The notes under the pieces: model-generated
The model's input: only the letters and a program-made list of their open reading frames with translations
Database searches by the model: none
Told to the model about the DNA's origin: nothing
Virus record (IMG/VR): IMGVR_UViG_2713896795_000003
Location: 1-37,123 of that record
From: a virus
Lineage: Duplodnaviria > Heunggongvirae > Uroviricota > Caudoviricetes
Length of the DNA stretch: 37,123 bases
Reading direction: 5' to 3' (one strand)
Shown: positions 26,785 through 35,407 of the stretch, one piece after another
Position numbering within the stretch: position 1 is the first letter of the stretch
Layout of the letters: each line of letters begins with the position of its first letter
Translations under genes and position numbers: made by a program

Positions 26785-28892
26785 GTTTACCAGAGGGGTT
26801 TGTTCTGGATGAACAGCCTGATAACTCACAACTTCCTGATGGCTTTGTGCTTGATTCCCAACCAGAACAGCAGCAATCTCCTTTGGTTTCACCAGAGGAA
26901 AATTCCAGACAGGAAAATGTTGTTAATAATGCTAACGGTTTCGACCGTTTTATGTATGGCGTTCTCAGTGGATTGATGGATGTTGGTAAAGGTGTTGGCC
27001 TGTTTCAGGATATGACACCAGAAGAGCAAGCCGCAATTCAGTCTCTACAGCAGAAGTTAGCGGCAAAACCATCAACCGCACAAGATGTTGGTGAGTTTGT
27101 TGGACAAGCAGCGCCATTTGTTAGTGGTGGTGGGATTATTTCTCAGGTTCCGAAAGGGGCGGCAAGGCTGGCTGCCGCCGCAGGGCTTGGTGCTGGAGAA
27201 GGGGCTATTGTAGCCAATGGAACAAATAGCGATGTTGCTTCCGGCGCTGCTATTGGCGCTGTGGCTGGCCCTGTAGCCGAGATTGTTGGTCCAGCGCTTG
27301 GGAAGATTGCAGGAAAAATTAAAAATAGTGCCGGAGATATTTATCGCTCATCCGTAGGGATGGGCAGTAAATCATCTAAAGCAACGTTAAAGAAAGCTGC
27401 TGGTGCAATGGATAATAAATTTATTGGTGGGCAACGAGCTATTCAAGATTTCGCCGATGAAGTTAATCCTGATTTTAACGCGATAAATGCTATTCGTGAG
27501 CTAGAACTGGAAAATTATGCCACTCCAGGCATGATCTCTAATAATCCTGCTGTCAGGGCTCTTGATAATGCAGTGGCAAGTCTCCCTGGAACAGAGATTA
27601 GTGAGGCGCATAAGCGTTTTATTACTGAATTAGGAAGAAAAGCTGATGAAATGATAACTTCATTTGGGGGAAACCTTGATAAGCAACTGGTTTCTGACAG
27701 GCTTGCAGATAATTTTGATAAAACCATTTCATCATTACAAAATCAGTCAGATAACATCTACAACAAAATTGCCGAAAAGGTACCTGTAAGAGACCGGATT
27801 GAGGCAACTAATACATTGAATTTTTTAGAGGATTTTGCTGATGACATAGGTGGAATTGATGAATTATCTCCAATAATGAAGCGGACATTGAACCGACTTG
27901 ATCCAAACACCTTGCCAACGTATGGGCGTTTAGATCTCGCTAGAAAGCAGGTTGGACAAGCTATTGGCAAAGGCTCTGGTCCATTCAAGGATGAAGAAAC
28001 AGGTGTTCTTAAAAAGTTATATGCAGCCATAACAGATGACCAACAGGCTGTCGCAGAAAAATATGGCGCAGGGGAATTATGGACGCTTGGTAAGGAGTTG
28101 GTAAAAAAACGAAAATCCATTGAAGATGATGCTGTAACCGTCTTGGGTAGAAAACTTCAGCAATCAGCAATTCCAAAAGTTGAAAGTGCTGTTGTTAATA
28201 TGGCAAAAGGAAACGGTGGCGACTTTAGGCAATTAATGAAGTCGATTCCAAAGGATATGCGGCAGGAAGTTGCGCTCACCTCAATGAATAAAGCATTTAC
28301 CAGCTATGCCAAATCACCTGGTCAGCAATTAGGAGTTGATGGATTTGTAAAATGGTATAACGGAATGTCACGCAATGGGGCCAATATGAAGGCTCTCCGT
28401 GATGCTATTGGCACAGATGCATCAAAGCGCCTTGATACGATTTATCAAGCAGCTAAGGCTATGAATAGACTCAATACTGGTAAGCAGTATGCTAGTAGTC
28501 TTGTGGATCAGCAAGTTAATAACTTTCTGAAAGAAAAGGGTAGTCTCGCAAAAATTTATGGAATAGCCTCAAAAGCTGCTGCGGCGGAAGGTATTACAAG
28601 CTTATCTGGTCTTCCTGGTGTAGGTGCAACAGGGGTGATAACGTCCGCATTGATGTCAGGGAAAACAAGCAGGATAAAGGCTGCTGATGCTCTACTGTCT
28701 TCTCCTGAGTTTAAATCAATGCTATTTCGCCTGCAAAACGCACCAGTAGACAGAGCAGAAGTGAGACGCGTAATAGAAAGGAAACTGATGCAATCTGGGG
28801 CATTTAAGAGATGGGAGAAAACCTTATCAACAGATGAAGCAAAAACCATTGCCCGCACGGGGATTATTACATGGCTCGCTAGTGACAGTTAG
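26769..28892 (+). CDS. Ejection protein (P22 gp16-like)
   Basis: 707 aa; synteny; start overlaps gp20 3-prime end. Confidence 0.7.
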   Translation: MATNVGLPEGFVLDEQPDNSQLPDGFVLDSQPEQQQSPLVSPEENSRQENVVNNANGFDRFMYGVLSGLMDVGKGVGLFQDMTPEEQAAIQSLQQKLAAKPSTAQDVGEFVGQAAPFVSGGGIISQVPKGAARLAAAAGLGAGEGAIVANGTNSDVASGAAIGAVAGPVAEIVGPALGKIAGKIKNSAGDIYRSSVGMGSKSSKATLKKAAGAMDNKFIGGQRAIQDFADEVNPDFNAINAIRELELENYATPGMISNNPAVRALDNAVASLPGTEISEAHKRFITELGRKADEMITSFGGNLDKQLVSDRLADNFDKTISSLQNQSDNIYNKIAEKVPVRDRIEATNTLNFLEDFADDIGGIDELSPIMKRTLNRLDPNTLPTYGRLDLARKQVGQAIGKGSGPFKDEETGVLKKLYAAITDDQQAVAEKYGAGELWTLGKELVKKRKSIEDDAVTVLGRKLQQSAIPKVESAVVNMAKGNGGDFRQLMKSIPKDMRQEVALTSMNKAFTSYAKSPGQQLGVDGFVKWYNGMSRNGANMKALRDAIGTDASKRLDTIYQAAKAMNRLNTGKQYASSLVDQQVNNFLKEKGSLAKIYGIASKAAAAEGITSLSGLPGVGATGVITSALMSGKTSRIKAADALLSSPEFKSMLFRLQNAPVDRAEVRRVIERKLMQSGAFKRWEKTLSTDEAKTIARTGIITWLASDS

Positions 28893-29116
28893 TCAACTTT
28901 GGTTATTTTGCCTTCTTTTTCTTGATGAACTTTGCATCCATCATCTTTTGATAGCCAAACTAAAAACTTTAAAACCTTAAACACAAGTACGGCTACTGCA
29001 ATGAAAGCACCAATCGCAATTATTGCTAGTGAAATTATTTGCATTGGTGCTTTTAATGCTGGGAAAACAGTGTAAATGAGCAAAAAAACAGCAATTATGA
29101 TGAGCCATTGCTTCAT
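28889..29116 (-). CDS. Hypothetical small membrane protein (75 aa, two predicted TM helices)
   Basis: ATG with GGGAGGA SD; hydrophobic stretches WLIIIAVFLLIYTVF and IISLAIIAIGAFIAVAVLVFKVL; 3-prime end overlaps gp16 stop convergently. Confidence 0.6.
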   Translation of the reverse strand: MKQWLIIIAVFLLIYTVFPALKAPMQIISLAIIAIGAFIAVAVLVFKVLKFLVWLSKDDGCKVHQEKEGKITKVD

Positions 29117-29144
29117 GTTGTCCTCCCAGGTTTTATTGGTAAGA

Positions 29145-29705
29145 TCACTGCTTTATTTTGGTATCATGGGTTTCACTAGCGGCTTCCTTCGCAGTCGGCT
29201 CAGAAACCTTGAAGTAAGATTGAATCTGCGGAAGCGTTATGATTACCGCAAGCATAGCGAGAACCGCACCAACGAGCCATTGGGTCGCGGTCATGGATGT
29301 TTTAATGCCATCAATTTGACCTTTGAGCCCTGCAACTTCGCCATTGCTAGCGAATATCTGTCCCTTAATTTCATTAAGTGACTGATTCATAGCTGTAAAT
29401 TGCTTAGATTGGAATTCTCTGAAAGCTGAAATTTCAGCGCGCATGTTAGCAGATATTAACTCAATTTCTGCTTTGTTTTGACCAAGCTTCGCGTCAATCT
29501 CTTCTCTTGATGGGCTGCCCATAGCATGCTCCTCAGTGTATTGTTTTCCAAGATAAGCGATATTATTGTTTTTGGTTATATCATTCTTGGTAACTGGAGG
29601 CGAAGCATTGGACTTTTCTCCTATGCCACCTGTCGACCCCATACGACCAAGCGTTCTCTTTTTCTCCGCTGCATGATCAGCATTTACGGCAGGAAAAGTA
29701 ATCAT
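29145..29705 (-). CDS. Hypothetical membrane-anchored coiled-coil protein (186 aa; alternative 125-aa form from ATG 29522)
   Basis: Heptad-like central region and C-terminal TM WLVGAVLAMLAVIITL; ATG 29705 has poor SD whereas internal ATG 29522 has GAGGAG at -7. Confidence 0.55.
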   Translation of the reverse strand: MITFPAVNADHAAEKKRTLGRMGSTGGIGEKSNASPPVTKNDITKNNNIAYLGKQYTEEHAMGSPSREEIDAKLGQNKAEIELISANMRAEISAFREFQSKQFTAMNQSLNEIKGQIFASNGEVAGLKGQIDGIKTSMTATQWLVGAVLAMLAVIITLPQIQSYFKVSEPTAKEAASETHDTKIKQ

Positions 29706-29712
29706 GGCTCTG

Positions 29713-29991
29713 TCAGCTTAATTTTTTTGATTCTTCGTGTTGAGAAACTATATACTTAGCCAGTTCAAGAAGTTGATTTTCACTCATGCGAATGTTGGCA
29801 ATTTGGTATCTAACTGGCTGAATCTCCTCATTATTAACCCAGTCTGAAACATGCTTAAAAAATGCTATTGAACCAAATCTTGCTCCGACATCCCCAAAAG
29901 ACGAGTAAGCAAATCCATCAGCATACTCATTTACAGCATCACTTGAGTCCTTGAAGATGGTTTCTCTGAAGTTCACTTTGGTATCTGTCAT
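29713..29991 (-). CDS. Hypothetical protein (92 aa)
   Basis: ATG 2 nt after mnt stop with AAGGA SD inside mnt 3-prime end (translational coupling). Confidence 0.55.
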   Translation of the reverse strand: MTDTKVNFRETIFKDSSDAVNEYADGFAYSSFGDVGARFGSIAFFKHVSDWVNNEEIQPVRYQIANIRMSENQLLELAKYIVSQHEESKKLS

Positions 29992-29993
29992 AT

Positions 29994-30242
29994 TTATTTA
30001 TCCTTACCATACATGGTCTTTAGCGTCTCAACATCGTGTTCAAGATCTATCAATCGTGATGCTATAGTTGCAAGGTCTAGTGCTTGAATGTGTTTATTTT
30101 TTTCGGTCCACGCTTCAAGTGCCGCGACCATCTCAGCATTTAATGAACGAGAATTAGCCTCAGCAAGTTCAATAAGACGTTCCTTTATCTCTACAGGAAG
30201 CCTCAGATTCACTTGAGGGTTTTTGTACTTACGATCAGACAT
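29994..30242 (-). CDS. mnt: Mnt-like ribbon-helix-helix repressor
   Basis: 82 aa; RHH motif VNLRLPVEIKERLIELAEANSRSLNAEMVAAL resembles P22 Mnt, plus C-terminal helical tail; divergent from arc. Confidence 0.65.
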   Translation of the reverse strand: MSDRKYKNPQVNLRLPVEIKERLIELAEANSRSLNAEMVAALEAWTEKNKHIQALDLATIASRLIDLEHDVETLKTMYGKDK

Positions 30243-30263
30243 CGCCGCATCCTGAATAATTTT

Positions 30264-30335
30264 TTACCACAGGATATGTAGGTATCTATTGACTATCAAT
30301 GCGTACCTAAATACTATGTATGCGTACCACATACA
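30264..30335. promoter_or_regulatory. Divergent overlapping promoters (Pmnt leftward, Pant rightward) with palindromic operators
   Basis: Pant -35 TTGACT 30289-30294 / -10 TACTAT 30312-30317; Pmnt -35 TTGATA (plus 30294-30299) / -10 TATCCT (plus 30271-30276); nested palindrome TAGGTA...ATTGA-cta-TCAAT...TACCTA 30279-30309; palindrome TGTATG-N7-CATACA 30317-30335. Confidence 0.5.
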
Positions 30336-30347
30336 ACGGAGGATACA

Positions 30348-30488
30348 ATGAAGGTTAAAACACTGCGTATGCCAGAGAAGCTAGAAAAAATTCTTGAAGA
30401 AAAAGCAAAGGAAGAGTGTCGCTCATTCAGTGCAGAAGTAATTAAACGGGTGCTGGACAGCCTGAAGAGGGAGGGGGTAACAGTGTGA
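30348..30488 (+). CDS. arc: Arc-like ribbon-helix-helix repressor (46 aa)
   Basis: Hand-translated MKVKTLRMPEKLEKILEEKAKEECRSFSAEVIKRVLDSLKREGVTV resembles P22 Arc; GGAGG SD 7 nt before ATG. Confidence 0.6.
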   Translation: MKVKTLRMPEKLEKILEEKAKEECRSFSAEVIKRVLDSLKREGVTV

Positions 30489-30658
30489 TTTGCTTGGATG
30501 CAGTAGTCAAAGAGATTGTGCTTACCATTTTGAGACCAAATTTTGTTCATGGCGAATCATTTGGCGCGAACGAAAAATTGAGAAGAGAAAGAGTATTCAG
30601 TGGCAAGCGCACGTTTTCAGAAGTGATGCTTGATGCGGCAAAGAAATCAAAACAGTGA
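30485..30658 (+). CDS. Hypothetical small ORF (57 codons, GTG start)
   Basis: GTG overlaps arc stop (GTGTGA) with G-rich SD; no ATG alternative; may instead be non-coding spacer. Confidence 0.2.
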   Translation: MICLDAVVKEIVLTILRPNFVHGESFGANEKLRRERVFSGKRTFSEVMLDAAKKSKQ

Positions 30659-30721
30659 AGCCCCAACTGCGGGAACAGTCAGGGCTTCGGTATCGTAAAA
30701 CCACGCATAGGAATTAACGAC
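30645..30721 (-). ncRNA. sar: Candidate sar-like antisense RNA covering the ant translation initiation region
   Basis: Minus-strand promoter -35 TTGATA (plus 30751-30756), 17-nt spacer, -10 TATACT (plus 30728-30733); minus-strand hairpin GAAGCCC...GGGCTTC (30657-30688) followed by U-rich tract. Confidence 0.4.
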
Positions 30722-31645
30722 ATGAAAAGTATAGCAACAGCAGTATCTACTATCAATGTACCATTCCACGGCGCAGAGCTTTATGTTGTCAATCACAACG
30801 GCGAACCGTACACCCCAATGAAACCTATCGTTGAGGGAATGGGGCTAGACTGGAAATCTCAACATAAGAAGATTTCTCAACGCTTCTCGAAGGGTATGGT
30901 GGAAATCACCATACCTTCTGCCGGTGGGGTGCAAGCCATGATTTGTATGGCTTTACGAAAATTGGCAGCTTGGTTGAACAGCATCAGTCCTAACAAAGTC
31001 CGCCCTGAAATCCGCGACAAGGTAATCCAGTATCAGGAAGAGTGTGACGATGTGCTCTATGAGTACTGGACTAAAGGCCATGTGGTTAACCCGCGCAAAG
31101 CTAAAAAGGCGTTGCCGGGGAAAATCACCACTGAACAGCAGGAAGCCATTAAACAACTCGTCATGAGTCGTGGTCAGTCTCTGCCAAAAGAAAAACAGGC
31201 GAAGGCAATGATTACCATGTGGTCGTCACTGAAATCCCATTTTGGATGTTCGTACAAAGAAATCAGTGAGGAGCAGTTTACAGAAGCACTGTCACTTGCA
31301 GCTCGAGTTCCACTTGAAGGTGAGTTCATTGGCAAACAAGAGAAGAAAGCAAACGAGCTTTCTGCAAAAGAAGCAAACAGCCTTGTATGGCTATGGGATT
31401 ATGCCAACCGCTCACAGGCATTATTCCGCGAACTTTATCCGGCATTAAAACAAATTCAATCGAACTATTCCGGCAGATGTCATGACTGCGGTTATGAGTT
31501 CTCCCGTATTATCGATATAGCGAGAGACGTTTTAATCAATCACTCACGAGATGTTGATATCAATGAGCCAGACGGACCAACGAATCTTTCCGCATGGATG
31601 AGACTTAAGAATAAAGAATTACCTCCTTCAGTACATAACTACTGA
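30722..31645 (+). CDS. ant: Antirepressor Ant
   Basis: 307 aa; N-terminal region ...LYVVNHNGEPYTPMKPIVEGMGLDWKSQ...LRKLAAWLNSISPNKVRPEIRDKVIQYQEECDDVLYEYW resembles P22 Ant from memory; follows mnt/arc. Confidence 0.8.
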   Translation: MKSIATAVSTINVPFHGAELYVVNHNGEPYTPMKPIVEGMGLDWKSQHKKISQRFSKGMVEITIPSAGGVQAMICMALRKLAAWLNSISPNKVRPEIRDKVIQYQEECDDVLYEYWTKGHVVNPRKAKKALPGKITTEQQEAIKQLVMSRGQSLPKEKQAKAMITMWSSLKSHFGCSYKEISEEQFTEALSLAARVPLEGEFIGKQEKKANELSAKEANSLVWLWDYANRSQALFRELYPALKQIQSNYSGRCHDCGYEFSRIIDIARDVLINHSRDVDINEPDGPTNLSAWMRLKNKELPPSVHNY

Positions 31646-31662
31646 CAGATAACCAACGCAAC

Positions 31663-31688
31663 AACCCAGCTTCGGCTGGGTTTTTTTA
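31663..31688 (+). terminator. Intrinsic terminator after ant
   Basis: CCCAGCttcgGCTGGG followed by TTTTTTTA. Confidence 0.75.
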
Positions 31689-31698
31689 TGCCCAAAAT

Positions 31699-31786
31699 TC
31701 ACCGTAGCTACTCAGCGGCTATGGCCTTGAGAGATAGCACTACACAAAAAGTGTAGTGCAAAAAGCAAACAAATACTCACCGTAGC
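31699..31786. repeat. Direct-repeat / inverted-repeat / direct-repeat element
   Basis: TCACCGTAGC at 31699-31708 and 31777-31786 flanking a perfect 9-bp-stem hairpin GCACTACAC-aaaaa-GTGTAGTGC (31737-31759). Confidence 0.4.
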
Positions 31787-32102
31787 CACGCTGCAGCGAT
31801 TCCTTTTATCTGGAGCAGATTAAATGACAGATATTATAAATAGGAATTGTTATTTAATAATATTTGAAAATGAAAATCATGGACGATAGGAATAAAAGTA
31901 GTACTTGTTATTTTTAAGTGACGCATTAAACGCATAAAGCATATGTCTGTTGATCAAGATTCTTGCTTGTTGTAAAATAATTGTTTTGTTCATGTTGCAT
32001 AGTTTTAAAATGGATAGAAGATTATTTTTCAAAACAATTGCATCTTTGTCTGCAGTCATTCCGTTTTCTTCAATATCTAAATTTTCAAACAGGATGACTA
32101 AT

Positions 32103-34808
32103 ATGCCTGAGATAACTCCAAATGTTGTAATTGGGATGCCTTCTCAACTCTTCACTATGGCGCGTTCTTTTAAAGCCGTAGCTAATGGCAAAATTTATAT
32201 CGGTAAAATTGACACTGACCCGGTAAATCCTGAAAACCAGATTCAGGTTTATGTGGAGAACGAAGACGGCTCTCACGTTCCTGTTTCTCAACCAATCATC
32301 ATTAACGCTGCTGGATATCCGGTATATAACGGACAGATTGCCAAATTCGTAACTGTGCAAGGCCATTCTATGGCTGTTTACGATGCTTATGGCACTCAGC
32401 AGTTTTATTTTCCAAATGTATTAAAATACGATCCAGATCAGTTTGGCCCAGACTTCAAAGAGCAGTTATCTCAATCAGGAGCATACATTAATGATGATTC
32501 AAAAGGTGATGCATTAATTGGTGTAAGGCAGCCATTTACCGGGGCTGTAACTATAACTCAGCATGAAAACAATGCTCTTTTCTTAAATGTAAAACAATTT
32601 GGAGCAATTGGGGATGGGAAATATCATCCATTATCTGAGTGGTTTTCTTCAATTTCTGAAGCAAAATCCTTATATCCTTTTGTTGACTCATTATCTCAGT
32701 CAATAGACTGGGCCGCGTGGCAAGCTGCCCTTAACACAGGAAAGGTTATTTATGGTACTGATAATGCGTATGTAATAACGGATACGTTAACACCTGTTTC
32801 TGGTGGTGGGATAATTTGTCTTGGTGTGGGCAAATGGGTCTCAGGATATACTGCAACATTTGCTCCTGATATTACCACAGGAACCACATTCCTGATGTAC
32901 GGGGTAGGAAATAAAAAATATACTGTAGATTGTGTTTCTAATATGGATGTTAGTGGTGGTGTGGTTTCTAATCCATCTTCCGAAGACCCGTATACAACAA
33001 CGGCACCTGCGTCATCATATGATTTATTGGATTTTACTAACGGTGATGCTAATGGGGCTATAAGAGCCACGCTTAAACCATTCTCTGCCGCAATATTGAT
33101 GCCTGAGACAGGATGTGTTCGTCTTGAGAACTTTCGTATTGTTCCATATTTCAATGGGCTGGATGGTTATAAAGACATTGCAAATACCGGTCTTGGCGAT
33201 GAGTGGGATGTAGGTATTTGGTCACGTGCTTCTTTTGGCAATGAATACCGCAATTTGCAGGTGGTTGGATACTGGCGCAAGACGGCACTTTTAAAAACGA
33301 ACATTCCTGTATCTGGCACGCTGGCCGCTCAGGGCGAGGATGAAAACTATTATCACTGTAGATTCCAAGGATTCAAGGGTGTTTCGATCCGCGCCCATGA
33401 TGTATTCCGAATTACAGCGGTAACGTCCAGCACTATCGAAATCCCATGGTCAGCAAGCCACACCTTCGAAACGTCCGGGGTTTTAAGATCTGGAGGCAGG
33501 AATTTCACTTATTCAGGATTATCCGTATCCGGTGATAAGTTAGTATTTACTGGAGTGTCTAACGCTTCTGAGGCAACAGTAGGTTCTACTATACGGCGAA
33601 ATGACATAGATAACTTTGGTATGGCGGGAACGCAATTTTTCGATTGCTACATTACCAGCCTGTATCACCACACACATCTGCTTGCCACATCGCAATACCT
33701 GTCTCAACCATTCAGCCGACCATCAGAGTGTATGGAGGTTTCAGGGGAACCAGTTCGCGGTGTACAGGTACATGCAGGAACCATTCAGGGATGGGATGAT
33801 GTTCTTATTCATCTACATGACTGTGGAAATATGAACTTTTACAGTACATATTTCGAAAGCCAGCAAGCATATGTAACTATAAATGGTGGTAATGCTATTG
33901 GTTATGGAGCACGTATGATAGCTTCCCGGCAATCAACAAGCTCATTACCATATGCAGCAGGGAATACTCGAGTGCTTAGAATGGTCGGGTGCTCTGAAGG
34001 CAATGGCGTTGACTGGGGGCATGTATTTAACAACTATACAGGAGGAAGATATAATTCTGGAGACGGTGTATTTAACCCCCGCGATGCATTTATAGACCAT
34101 AAATCTCTTCCTGAGCAGTCAGGAGGTGAGTCAAGACTCGTATCACAAAAAGGAAATGCCAGAGTAGTATGTGGTGTTGGTAAAACTGTACTGCTTGGAC
34201 CAACGTCAGGAGATTGTAATTTACAGAGTAATACTGGAAGTTTAAATATTAGAAGTGGGATAAGAGTAAGAATCGGTCACGCTGATGGAACAGACTGGTG
34301 GTTGGCAGATGCTAATAAAATAGCTCCTGTTGATGATAATGTTAAAGCTATTGGACAGCCATCAAACAGATGCTCTGTTATTTATGCAGGAACCGGGTCA
34401 ATCAATACATCAGATGAAACTCTTAAAACAAGATATGATATTCTTAATGCAGAGCGTGATGCCGCTATTGAAATAAAGTCAGTCATCTATAAATTTAAAT
34501 TTAATGACTCAATTAATCACAAAGGAATTGAGTCGTCCAGGTATCATTTTGGCGTTGGCGCTCAAACCGTAGGGGATATTCTTAGAAAGCATGGTTTAAA
34601 CCCTGAGCAATATGCTTTTTGGTGTTACGATGAATGGCCTGACGTATGGGATGAAGAGGTGATAACTGAAGAGAGCACAGATCCTGATACAGGTGAGAAA
34701 ATTTATTCTCAATATAAAACAGGAGATATGATTCTTGTAAAAAAAGCAGGAGGACGCTACGGAATTCGTTATGACGAATTGGCTATGTTTATATTAATGG
34801 CAATGTAG
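32103..34808 (+). CDS. Tailspike: P22-type head-binding domain + beta-helix receptor-binding/depolymerase domain + C-terminal S74-type chaperone domain
   Basis: N-terminus [46 protein letters not shown]... resembles P22 tailspike head-binding domain; central QFGAIGDG pectate-lyase-like motif; C-terminal SDETLK motif; AGGA 8 nt before ATG 32103 (alternative ATG 32094). Confidence 0.85.
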   Translation: MPEITPNVVIGMPSQLFTMARSFKAVANGKIYIGKIDTDPVNPENQIQVYVENEDGSHVPVSQPIIINAAGYPVYNGQIAKFVTVQGHSMAVYDAYGTQQFYFPNVLKYDPDQFGPDFKEQLSQSGAYINDDSKGDALIGVRQPFTGAVTITQHENNALFLNVKQFGAIGDGKYHPLSEWFSSISEAKSLYPFVDSLSQSIDWAAWQAALNTGKVIYGTDNAYVITDTLTPVSGGGIICLGVGKWVSGYTATFAPDITTGTTFLMYGVGNKKYTVDCVSNMDVSGGVVSNPSSEDPYTTTAPASSYDLLDFTNGDANGAIRATLKPFSAAILMPETGCVRLENFRIVPYFNGLDGYKDIANTGLGDEWDVGIWSRASFGNEYRNLQVVGYWRKTALLKTNIPVSGTLAAQGEDENYYHCRFQGFKGVSIRAHDVFRITAVTSSTIEIPWSASHTFETSGVLRSGGRNFTYSGLSVSGDKLVFTGVSNASEATVGSTIRRNDIDNFGMAGTQFFDCYITSLYHHTHLLATSQYLSQPFSRPSECMEVSGEPVRGVQVHAGTIQGWDDVLIHLHDCGNMNFYSTYFESQQAYVTINGGNAIGYGARMIASRQSTSSLPYAAGNTRVLRMVGCSEGNGVDWGHVFNNYTGGRYNSGDGVFNPRDAFIDHKSLPEQSGGESRLVSQKGNARVVCGVGKTVLLGPTSGDCNLQSNTGSLNIRSGIRVRIGHADGTDWWLADANKIAPVDDNVKAIGQPSNRCSVIYAGTGSINTSDETLKTRYDILNAERDAAIEIKSVIYKFKFNDSINHKGIESSRYHFGVGAQTVGDILRKHGLNPEQYAFWCYDEWPDVWDEEVITEESTDPDTGEKIYSQYKTGDMILVKKAGGRYGIRYDELAMFILMAM

Positions 34809-34826
34809 TTGCAATAAATGCAGTAT

Positions 34827-34858
34827 ATCCCGCATAAAAAATGCGGGATTGTTTTTAT
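34827..34858 (+). terminator. Intrinsic terminator after tailspike
   Basis: ATCCCGCAT-aaaaa-ATGCGGGAT followed by TGTTTTTAT. Confidence 0.75.
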
Positions 34859-35149
34859 CTGGTGTATTTATGAATTTTAAGTAAATTTTAGTATTGATTA
34901 CTGCATCGCAGTTAAAGCCTCATTACCTATGAGGCAAAACTGAGACACACAAGGCTTTGCACTGGATTGCAAGGCTTTGTGCTATTCGATTGTGGTTGAG
35001 GCTGATCACTCTACCTTCTCATCAAGCCAATCCGCCCACCATTGCATCATTTCTCTGCGCTTATCGAGATACTGAGCATGGTTGTAAATTCAGCAAACGA
35101 CGTAATGTGTTTGACAAAAAATTAGCGCAAGAAGACAAAAAGTCACCTT

Positions 35150-35326
35150 GCGCTAATGCTCTGTTACAGGTCACTAATACCATCTAAGTGGTTGATTCAT
35201 AGTGACTGGATATGTTGTGTTTTGTAGCATTGTGTAGTCTATTTTTTAGACTAAAAATATTGTAATGCATTGATATTAATGGTTTTTAATGTTTCACGTT
35301 CAGCTTTTTTATACTAACTTGAGCGA
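35150..35326. other. attR: lambda-type P arm plus 15-bp core GCTTTTTTATACTAA (35312-35326)
   Basis: Core matches the lambda att common core; left flank CTGTTACAGGTCACTAATACCATCTAAGT...GTTGATTCATAGTGACTG resembles lambda attP P arm; right flank CTTGAGCGAAACGGGAAGG resembles E. coli attB B-prime arm (from memory). Confidence 0.8.
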
Positions 35327-35407
35327 AACGGGAAGGTAAAAAGACAAAAAGTTGTTTTTAATACCTTTAAGTGATACCAGATGGCATTGCGCCATCTGGC
35401 AGAGTGA

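Larger units (their letters stand above)
1..35326. mobile_element. Lambdoid prophage (P22/Sf6-like virion module), right portion up to attR; left end lies outside the window
   Basis: Contiguous phage gene order from early-left genes through tailspike, ending at a lambda-type att core with bacterial B-prime arm and ybhB to the right. Confidence 0.85.

Noticed and set aside
31877-32059. 60-aa minus-strand ORF in the AT-rich spacer upstream of the tailspike
   Set aside because: Low-complexity AT-rich sequence with no SD, overlapping the tailspike leader
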